59,371 bases of DNA. Origin: a virus. Below the pieces are notes generated by a model. The model was given only the letters and a program-made list of their open reading frames with translations. It made no database searches and was not told the DNA's origin. Position 1 is the first letter of the stretch; the number at the start of each line of letters is the position of its first letter. The translations under genes and the position numbers were made by a program. Shown here in pieces: positions 52,848-59,244 of the stretch. The stretch lies in IMG/VR virus record IMGVR_UViG_3300048918_000104, positions 1 to 59,371 of that record, one strand, 5' to 3'.

Positions 52848-52996
52848 CGCTTGCTCCTTCGTTTTGCCGCCCGTCGTTGCGCTTTCTCTGCAGCGCGGCG
52901 CTCCTTGCGATTGCCCTCCGGCTCGACTACTGAGTACCGGCGTTCCTCCATCCCGTCGCGCATCGTCGCGTACGGTCGGGGTCTCGGTCGTTCCAT
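52844..52996 (-). CDS. Candidate 50-aa highly basic protein (below ORF-track size cut-off)
   Basis: My translation: MERPRPRPYATMRDGMEERRYSVVEPEGNRKERRAAEKAQRRAAKRRSKR; GGAGAA RBS; stop overlaps next ATG (ATGA). Confidence 0.35.
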   Translation of the reverse strand: MERPRPRPYATMRDGMEERRYSVVEPEGNRKERRAAEKAQRRAAKRRSKR

Positions 52997-53028
52997 CCTT
53001 GTTCTCCGATAGGGTTAAACATGTGACG

Positions 53029-53057
53029 ATTTTCGCGCTATGGTTAAGGCTTGTCAA
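53029..53057 (-). promoter_or_regulatory. Sigma70-type promoter heading the early-left operon
   Basis: Minus strand TTGACA-AGCCTTAACCATAGCGC-GAAAAT (17-nt spacer). Confidence 0.55.
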
Positions 53058-53088
53058 CAGATTTCAGTAAGTCCCGCGATTACGGATT

Positions 53089-53101
53089 CGAAGTCACTTC
53101 C
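53089..53101. repeat. Palindrome, one mismatch
   Basis: CGAAGTCACTTCC, 31 nt upstream of the -35 of promoter 53029..53057. Confidence 0.65.
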
Positions 53102-53535
53102 AAAGTAGCGCAGCGTTTCAGGAGTTCGACCGGCGCTCTAAGTAAGGAACGCCCTCGGAGTGGAAACGTCCAGAATTTTCATTATTCGACCTCGACTCCT
53201 AAGTAAGAAAGCGGATGAGGCTGTCCCGAATCTCCATGGGTCAGCGGAGCGGCTGAAGTAACAGAGCGGATCGGGTCGGCCGGGGGTCGTCGGTGCGGCA
53301 GGCGGGCATTGCGGCGAGACGGCAGGTCCGCAGTTCGGCTCGGACGCGCTTAGATCGTATGCGATGGATTGCAGCGAGGCAGGTAGCGCGGCTAGTCCGG
53401 TGAGCGGCTATCAGAGCGCAACGGCTGAAACGGCAGACATTCTTATTTAGTAGCGCTAGGCCGTTAGGCCTGGCGTCTCTCACTTTGCGCCGATAGGCGC
53501 TCTCAATCGGTGTGACGTTTCTATATAAAATTTTT

Positions 53536-53565
53536 TGGACATGGTTTAAGGTTATCTGCTCTAAT
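53536..53565 (+). promoter_or_regulatory. Sigma70-type promoter of the rightward accessory module
   Basis: A/T-rich upstream tract, then TGGACA-TGGTTTAAGGTTATCTGC-TCTAAT (18-nt spacer). Confidence 0.5.
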
Positions 53566-53630
53566 GAGGTCTCTGCTTTACGGCAGACCTGCAGCAGAGA
53601 TGCCAGGCAACTAAACCAAAGGGGCTTACT

Positions 53631-54545
53631 GTGGAAAAGATCAAAACTGTTTTGCATTCTTATTATTTCGACATCAGCAAGACTGAAGAGCAGACCGCGT
53701 ACGAAACGATGGTTGCGACCATCCGCGAGTCGTTCAAGGGTGACGTATGGTCGTGGGACCTTACTGGCGGCCGGACCAGCAATGTCGCGGCATGGGATTT
53801 TGACGACAAAATTCGCAAGCTCGGGACCTATGCGCCGGGTCAACGGCAACAACAATTCACGGTTGAGATTGAACTCGAAACGAAGCATCTCTTCGCAGAC
53901 CAATGGAACAGCGCTCCAATGCCGGGCTTCGAGTCAGGCGCGCGGCTCTTCAATTGGTCGGAGAATGTCTATCTCAACCGCTCGATTAGAACGGGCTGTT
54001 GGATTGAACAGAATGCCGCAATGGCTGAAGTTCTCCGCAATACTCACAAGTGCGGCTTTTGCGGAAAGCAGGAACCCGCACAGAAGGGCTATGTCTTCTG
54101 CCCGCATTGCATCGATTCGGAATTCCTGACTAAAGACCGCTTGCCGCTTACCCGTATGGTTCCGGTCCGCGATGAGCGCAAAAAACGCGCCGAACTGACA
54201 CAAGCGGAAAAGGACTACCTGTATCCGCTTTACGATGAGGCTCAAAAGAACGGCAAAACGGCGCGCGGTATTGCACGACTCACTAAGGCTAAAGCCGATA
54301 TTGAGCGTCAATTCGAAAAGACCGTTCGTGTGGCGACAGTTAAACGCGATGCTGCGCGGTGGATTGTGGCAAACATTCCGGGCGCTCTCGACAATTGGAT
54401 TTACTACGATCACACGGATCGGCATTGCTTCGGGTGGCGCAACCTGTTGACCGACGATGAGGTCTCTGCCCTGTTGGACGTTATCAGTGAGTTTCCGTTT
54501 CAGTACGAACTGAAGTGCGCTGATGGTCGCACGCTCTCTAACTGA
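53631..54545 (+). CDS. Hypothetical protein with central zinc ribbon
   Basis: GTG start after AAAGGGG RBS; CGFCG..CPHC; 304 aa. Confidence 0.65.
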   Translation: MEKIKTVLHSYYFDISKTEEQTAYETMVATIRESFKGDVWSWDLTGGRTSNVAAWDFDDKIRKLGTYAPGQRQQQFTVEIELETKHLFADQWNSAPMPGFESGARLFNWSENVYLNRSIRTGCWIEQNAAMAEVLRNTHKCGFCGKQEPAQKGYVFCPHCIDSEFLTKDRLPLTRMVPVRDERKKRAELTQAEKDYLYPLYDEAQKNGKTARGIARLTKAKADIERQFEKTVRVATVKRDAARWIVANIPGALDNWIYYDHTDRHCFGWRNLLTDDEVSALLDVISEFPFQYELKCADGRTLSN

Positions 54546-54581
54546 TTTAGAACCAACTTCCAACATCAAAGGGGCTAAACC

Positions 54582-55151
54582 ATGGATATCGTTTTTCGCA
54601 AGTTTAAAGAGGGTGACGTTATCGCGCTTATGTGCGGTACGGGTCCGGACTGCAATGCAGGGAACGTCATGAGCTATCAGCATATTGGGCAGCATGGGGA
54701 GGCTTCTGTGATGCTTGGTCGCTCGCTCAAACTGGCAACGCCTGAAGAGTATGAACCGCTATTGCGTGAGTTGCGCCGCATCTATGCTCCGGAGCCCGTT
54801 AATCCGGTAAAGAGGCTGTACGTTAATCCGACTAAAGAACGTGCGCCACGCTCATACCCTGCTAAATCCGTGCTGCAGGCCCGTCTGTCGGAAAACGCGG
54901 TTGAGTGTTTTTACGTGTCTGCCGATGAGGCGCGACGCCAGCGCTATGACAACGCGCGGCGCGCTAAGGAATACGGGCACGACATCCCGAACGCTGGGAC
55001 GCCTAGCGCCGGTTGGTACTTTCGGACCTGCGTGCCGGGTTGCCTGCCGGATAGCGATCCTTTCGGACCGTACGCAAGCCCGCTTGCCGTGCTGCGTGCT
55101 GCATATGATGCCGACTTTCTGCCGGACCCTATCAACGAACAAGGGGAGTAA
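54582..55151 (+). CDS. Hypothetical protein
   Basis: AAAGGGG RBS; 189 aa. Confidence 0.65.
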   Translation: MDIVFRKFKEGDVIALMCGTGPDCNAGNVMSYQHIGQHGEASVMLGRSLKLATPEEYEPLLRELRRIYAPEPVNPVKRLYVNPTKERAPRSYPAKSVLQARLSENAVECFYVSADEARRQRYDNARRAKEYGHDIPNAGTPSAGWYFRTCVPGCLPDSDPFGPYASPLAVLRAAYDADFLPDPINEQGE

Positions 55152-55157
55152 TAAGCC

Positions 55158-55457
55158 ATGCCAGCAATTAACTACGTGTGGGACCTCAACAAAGCATTGG
55201 AGCATGGTCCGTATGCATGGCCCGGCGGCTATCCGTGTTACTTCATTTGCGCCGACGGCGCGCCGCTCTCGTTTGACGCGGTAAAAGAGAACGCCGGATT
55301 GGTACGCGATGCCGTTATCACGAAAGACATTACTTCCGGTTGGCAAGTAGCGGCATTCGAGATTAATTGGGAGAACACTGATTTGACGTGCGCCCACACT
55401 AACGTGCGCATTCCATCGGCCTATGGTCACGACGACGAAGCGGAACAAGGGGAGTAA
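55158..55457 (+). CDS. Hypothetical protein
   Basis: CAAGGGGAG RBS embedded in upstream C-terminus; 99 aa. Confidence 0.65.
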   Translation: MPAINYVWDLNKALEHGPYAWPGGYPCYFICADGAPLSFDAVKENAGLVRDAVITKDITSGWQVAAFEINWENTDLTCAHTNVRIPSAYGHDDEAEQGE

Positions 55458-55459
55458 CC

Positions 55460-55894
55460 ATGAGCGCAAAAAAGATTGAAGCCGCAATTAAGGCATCCAT
55501 GGCAAAAGCGTTTTTTGCTAGTGCATGGGCAGACCTGCAGGAAGAGAAAGACGCGGACGATGAAACGGCCGTCAACCTTTCCGGTCGCGAGATTATGGAC
55601 GTAATGCCTGCAGATATTGACCCTGCAGCTATCCATGCGGCTAATACTCTCGCAATGGACATGGAGCGGACGAACGCTAAACCGCTCGCCGATATCTACC
55701 ACTATGCGATTGAGGTCAAAGAGTTTTGCAAGGGAGACCGGACCCTCAACGAAGAGTTTTTCGGCCACTACTGCGCAATGCAGGCAATGGGTCATGGAGT
55801 CGGACTTGACGATGCTTTCGGCAACGCTGTATATGAAGCAATCAAAGTGCCGTATGTCGAATTCGGCTCTTATTCACTCGAAAAGGATTACTGA
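55460..55894 (+). CDS. Hypothetical protein
   Basis: CAAGGGGAG RBS embedded in upstream C-terminus; 144 aa. Confidence 0.65.
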   Translation: MSAKKIEAAIKASMAKAFFASAWADLQEEKDADDETAVNLSGREIMDVMPADIDPAAIHAANTLAMDMERTNAKPLADIYHYAIEVKEFCKGDRTLNEEFFGHYCAMQAMGHGVGLDDAFGNAVYEAIKVPYVEFGSYSLEKDY

Positions 55895-55895
55895 C

Positions 55896-56147
55896 ATGAC
55901 ATTAACCCAGCTAATCCGCCAGGCCGCTGCTCGCATGTCGTCCGTTACTGTGGAAGTGCAAACCAATTTCGGAACGGTCTGCATTAAAGACGACGACGGC
56001 GTACAGGAAGACATCTTTATGCAGGGGGATGAGGCGACGCAATTCATCAATGAGGCGGAACGCGGCTACAAAACATCGCGCTATGTGAGCATGGATGAGT
56101 GCTATCTGTGGCAAGCGGAACAATACGTCGAAAACCTTTGGAACTGA
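55896..56147 (+). CDS. Hypothetical small protein
   Basis: ATG 55896 one nt after upstream TGA; 83 aa; stop codon in the centre of palindrome 56140..56152. Confidence 0.55.
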   Translation: MTLTQLIRQAAARMSSVTVEVQTNFGTVCIKDDDGVQEDIFMQGDEATQFINEAERGYKTSRYVSMDECYLWQAEQYVENLWN

Positions 56148-56152
56148 CTTCC
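56140..56152. repeat. Palindrome, one mismatch
   Basis: GGAACTGACTTCC; centre TGA is a stop codon; 3' arm abuts ATG 56153. Confidence 0.75.
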
Positions 56153-56335
56153 ATGAAAACTCTACACACGTTTCGCCTCAAAGATACGGGCGAGCTTTTC
56201 ACGGTTGAGCTTGACATCGCGGAACACGAGGTCGCGCGCTCCCTCGCCGCTCGTGCGGTAAAGAGCAAGAACGGTAAAGCCCAATCGCTGAACGGCGATA
56301 TCAAGTGCCGCGTTATCGAACGGGTGAAGCCATGA
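56153..56335 (+). CDS. Hypothetical small protein
   Basis: 60 aa; ATG abuts the 3' arm of the palindrome. Confidence 0.5.
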   Translation: MKTLHTFRLKDTGELFTVELDIAEHEVARSLAARAVKSKNGKAQSLNGDIKCRVIERVKP

Positions 56336-56511
56336 AAGCGCGCACGGTCTCCCTTATCGCCTTTTACGGGCTTGTAGCGTTGCTGGCGGCTATCGTTGGC
56401 GCGGCATGGCTCGCGGTTGCCGGACATCCGTTCTATGGCGCTATCGCCCTGGCTTGCTGCGTTGGCGTTGGTCACTGGCTGATTAGCCGCGATTACGCTA
56501 AGAAAAGTTGA
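56332..56511 (+). CDS. Small two-TM membrane protein
   Basis: ATGA-coupled; VSLIAFYGLVALLAAIVGAAWLAVAG and AIALACCVGVGHWLI. Confidence 0.55.
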   Translation: MKARTVSLIAFYGLVALLAAIVGAAWLAVAGHPFYGAIALACCVGVGHWLISRDYAKKS

Positions 56512-56521
56512 CGCTCAGGGG

Positions 56522-56551
56522 TTGACAAGGTTTAACCCTATCACCGATAAT
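56522..56551 (+). promoter_or_regulatory. Sigma70-type internal promoter of the accessory module
   Basis: TTGACA-AGGTTTAACCCTATCACC-GATAAT (18-nt spacer). Confidence 0.6.
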
Positions 56552-56594
56552 CGGGGCTCTTATCGCTGTGTCACAAAAACAAGGGGCCTCAACC

Positions 56595-57182
56595 ATGGCA
56601 AAGAGCAAACAGGATTATTTCGCAATGGGTCAAAAAGACTTCATTGGAGCGTACAAGCAAAACAACCGCTATGCGATCGCGCGCCGTGCCGCTTACTTTG
56701 AGTCCGACTCGTGGCAAGCGCTTGCCTACTTTGAGGGATACCAGGCCGCCGGTCGTTTGTATTGGGACTCGCTCGCGGTGGTGGCGGCTCAGCTTCGCGC
56801 GAATCGCCCGATTCACGAGTGCCTCAACCTCGAAGCCGTTGACCTTGAAATTTCATCGGGTCGTGACCTTTCCTCGCTTGCTCAAACCGTTGCGCAAATG
56901 ATGGATGCCATCAACACGGTTAAACGCGTGGCTCTCGTCTCGGAAAGCCGGACGCGCGCAATGCTGCAGCGTAATCGCGCATGGTCGGAAAACGCGTTGG
57001 ACGTTCGCGCGTTCCATGCATTCGCCCTGACTTGCGATAAAGACGGCAATGCCCTTGTTGAGCGGGTAGCCGCCACGCTGCAGTCATACTTACGCAACAG
57101 CCGCGAAGAGATTACGCACGTCGGCGCGGCCTTCCGCGCGCTGTACGGTATCGAACGCGGTCTCTCGAAGTGCAAACCGTAA
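56595..57182 (+). CDS. Hypothetical protein
   Basis: ATG 56595 after CAAGGGG RBS; 195 aa. Confidence 0.65.
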   Translation: MAKSKQDYFAMGQKDFIGAYKQNNRYAIARRAAYFESDSWQALAYFEGYQAAGRLYWDSLAVVAAQLRANRPIHECLNLEAVDLEISSGRDLSSLAQTVAQMMDAINTVKRVALVSESRTRAMLQRNRAWSENALDVRAFHAFALTCDKDGNALVERVAATLQSYLRNSREEITHVGAAFRALYGIERGLSKCKP

Positions 57183-57195
57183 GGAGGGACTGACT

Positions 57196-57330
57196 GTGTA
57201 CACCTCGCAAGATATCGAACGCGAACGCATTCGCCTGTATGCACAGGGTTGGAACGATGCCGCGCTCGGTCGTCCGTGCCGTTCTAATGCCCTGTCCTAC
57301 TCGCTAGGCTATCTCGACGCAACCCGCTAA
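57196..57330 (+). CDS. Candidate 44-aa protein (below ORF-track cut-off)
   Basis: GTG start 8 nt after AAGGAGG; my translation VYTSQDIERERIRLYAQGWNDAALGRPCRSNALSYSLGYLDATR. Confidence 0.35.
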   Translation: MYTSQDIERERIRLYAQGWNDAALGRPCRSNALSYSLGYLDATR

Positions 57331-57343
57331 GGAGATTTGCAAA

Positions 57344-57787
57344 ATGACCGAATCACAGGAAGTAGCTCTCGGCATGCTTGCCGATTACCGCGCATGGCTC
57401 GCAAGCGGCGCAATGCGTAACACAATGGCGAACGCAGTATCTTTCGTAATGGCTGACCGGATACTAAAGGATGAGTCTCTCTCAGTCCGGTCTGCTGTAT
57501 CGAACGCTTTGTATGACGCCGAATGCGCGTCTGTCACGACCACCGCCGAAGCGAGCGCTGCAGCGTCAGACCTGCAGGCAAGCGGCCTAACCGTGTGTCT
57601 TGCGGACCGGGTAACGGCAAAGCAGCAGACAGAGCAGGATGCGTATTGGGTCGCGCACGCTAAAGCGCTGAAACTGCAGACCGGTTCGCGCGGTTCGTTT
57701 GCTGCACTCATCGGAGATGCTTTCATCCGTGCCGATAGCCGCAACGCGGCGCGCCTCATCGCTGCTTTCCCTGAATTGCTCGCATAG
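57344..57787 (+). CDS. Hypothetical protein
   Basis: AAGGAG RBS; 147 aa. Confidence 0.65.
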   Translation: MTESQEVALGMLADYRAWLASGAMRNTMANAVSFVMADRILKDESLSVRSAVSNALYDAECASVTTTAEASAAASDLQASGLTVCLADRVTAKQQTEQDAYWVAHAKALKLQTGSRGSFAALIGDAFIRADSRNAARLIAAFPELLA

Positions 57788-57799
57788 GAGACTGACGCC

Positions 57800-58090
57800 A
57801 TGCCACTATCTTTCAAGGCAACATCTGAAGAGTACGCGCTGTTTAGCGCCATCGTTGAGCGCTATGCACCGATCTACAAACAGCATACAGGCGAGAATGT
57901 AGACCGCATGTCTCTGCACATGGATTTGACTGCATGTCATGCGAACGGAACAGCACTCGATCTACAGCGCCTCCTCGACGCGCCGCAATTTGATTTTGTG
58001 CATGATGTCGCTGGAATCCAACGCCATATAAACCGCGATACCGGCAAACTGGAAAACTGTTTCCATCCGCGCACCGCACGTCCGGGCTGA
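57800..58090 (+). CDS. Hypothetical protein
   Basis: AGGAG RBS; 96 aa; followed by terminator. Confidence 0.65.
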   Translation: MPLSFKATSEEYALFSAIVERYAPIYKQHTGENVDRMSLHMDLTACHANGTALDLQRLLDAPQFDFVHDVAGIQRHINRDTGKLENCFHPRTARPG

Positions 58091-58134
58091 TACGCCCGGT
58101 TCTCTGTTGTAAGCCCCTGGCCTAACGGCTCTTT

Positions 58135-58161
58135 AAACCCGCTTCGTGCGGGTTTCTTTTT
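58135..58161 (+). terminator. Rho-independent terminator of the accessory module
   Basis: AAACCCGC-TTCGT-GCGGGTTT followed by CTTTTT. Confidence 0.8.
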
Positions 58162-58310
58162 GCCTATCGCTCTGATAGCGCGTCTGTCACTACTGCCAAT
58201 AGCAACGCGGTTCGATTTGAGGGGCATAGCTGCCTCTCGTTTGAGCCGTCCTATATCACCCTAGCCTGAAAACGTGAGAGCGGCTTATACGCTGTGTGCG
58301 CACGTCTGTT

Positions 58311-58323
58311 GGAAGTTGCTTCC
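58311..58323. repeat. Palindrome, exact copy
   Basis: GGAAGTTGCTTCC in non-coding DNA, followed by ATG. Confidence 0.9.
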
Positions 58324-58339
58324 ATGCTGTGCGGCTGTG
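58311..58339 (+). repeat. 29-bp direct repeat, copy 1 (palindrome + ATGCTGTGCGGCTGTG)
   Basis: Identical 29-mer at 58379..58407. Confidence 0.9.
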
Positions 58340-58402
58340 TGCGCTGTGCGGTTGTGTCGATGTCCGGCTGTGCGGGCTGGAAGTTGCTTCCATGCTGTGC
58401 GG
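58326..58402 (+). repeat. Iteron-like GCTGTGCGG repeats (4 exact copies)
   Basis: Exact 9-mers at 58326, 58343, 58367, 58394, plus GCTGTGTGCG variants at 58291 and 58334. Confidence 0.8.
58379..58391. repeat. Palindrome, exact copy
   Basis: GGAAGTTGCTTCC in non-coding DNA, followed by ATG. Confidence 0.9.
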
Positions 58403-58407
58403 CTGTG
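58379..58407 (+). repeat. 29-bp direct repeat, copy 2
   Basis: Identical to 58311..58339; 68-bp period. Confidence 0.9.
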
Positions 58408-58496
58408 CCGCGTTGACGTGGTGCGGATGCACGGCGCTATCGGTCTGTCGATTGGAGATGGTTTCAACGGCTGGGCGGCTGAACGGCGGCTCGGCA

Positions 58497-58509
58497 GGAA
58501 GTTACTTCC
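58497..58509. repeat. Palindrome, exact copy
   Basis: GGAAGTTACTTCC in non-coding DNA, followed by ATG. Confidence 0.9.
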
Positions 58510-58809
58510 ATGTGAGCGGGTCCCATCTGGAGGGTCGCAGCGAGGCGGGAGGGCGCAGAGCCCCGCTGTCGGACAATTTTTCGGCGCGTGTAGTACACCT
58601 TTGGCGGGAAATTCCGGCGTCAGGTGATGCGGCAAAGCCGCAGTGTACAGAAAGTGCAACCGGATTGGATACACAAACGCGATCCGCGCACGTTTTCGCG
58701 GCGGGCTGGACTTCGGGGTTTCGTGGGAGTTTGCTGCGGACTGCGGGAGGGAGTCGGACCGCGCGAATGGCGGCCCGGTACTTCAAGTCTAGGTCAGATC
58801 AGGCGGAAT

Positions 58810-59040
58810 TCAAGTACGACTTGATTGCGGTTGCGGAATGACCGGCCACGACAACTTCCGGGCTATCTCGTCCTTCGACTCACGGACGTAGGTGCAATCG
58901 ACCTCGCCGTTCGAGGGGTCGATACCGAAGATCAGTTGCGTGCCGGAGCCGCACTCACCTACTGAGCGAACTCGATCCATGTTGAAGAGTTCGGTATCGC
59001 GGTCATCCCGGTCTGTGGGTGTGAGTTCAAGCCATGCCAT
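58810..59040 (-). CDS. Hypothetical small protein
   Basis: 76 aa; AAGGAG RBS preceded by a palindrome variant. Confidence 0.55.
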   Translation of the reverse strand: MAWLELTPTDRDDRDTELFNMDRVRSVGECGSGTQLIFGIDPSNGEVDCTYVRESKDEIARKLSWPVIPQPQSSRT

Positions 59041-59054
59041 CGTTATTCTCCTTT

Positions 59055-59066
59055 GGAAGTACTTCT
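59055..59066. repeat. Palindrome variant with 2-nt centre
   Basis: GGAAGTACTTCT just 5' of the RBS of minus gene 58810..59040. Confidence 0.55.
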
Positions 59067-59123
59067 AAGCTCGGTTATTTGTGGTTAGCAGTCCGGTTAG
59101 CCCGGAAAGCCTTGCCAGTAGCC

Positions 59124-59174
59124 ATTCTAACTAATATAACCAATATAACCAATATTTATTGAAGATATAGATAG
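59124..59174. other. AT-rich tract with tandem AATATAACC 9-mers
   Basis: AATATAACC at 59133 and 59142, then AATATTTAT; by far the most AT-rich stretch in the window. Confidence 0.7.
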
Positions 59175-59244
59175 GGTTCTTATGCTTCCTTACAGGGACT
59201 GTAAGAATACGTACATACCCCCGAGGGCCGCCATAGTCTAAGTG

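Noticed and set aside
53241-53903. 220-aa minus-strand ORF
   Set aside because: It overlaps promoter 53536..53565 and the well-supported plus-strand gene 53631..54545. It has Arg/Cys-rich composition and no RBS.
58311-58407. Possible phage mini-CRISPR array (two identical 29-bp repeats separated by a 39-bp spacer)
   Set aside because: There are only two copies. The repeat core is the same palindrome found about 30 times elsewhere in the genome. No cas genes or leader are present, so this is an iteron/operator cluster rather than CRISPR.
58274-58841. Long ORFs 58274..58627(+), 58296..58841(+) and 58285..58674(-), and two short ORFs starting MLCGC (ATG 58324 and 58392) that could be Cys-rich peptides
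   Set aside because: All three frames are open at once, which is typical of stop-poor GC-rich non-coding DNA. Composition is Cys/Arg/Gly-rich because of the TGTGCGG repeats. No RBS is present, and one ORF runs into the convergent gene 58810..59040. I kept this only as a remote possibility.
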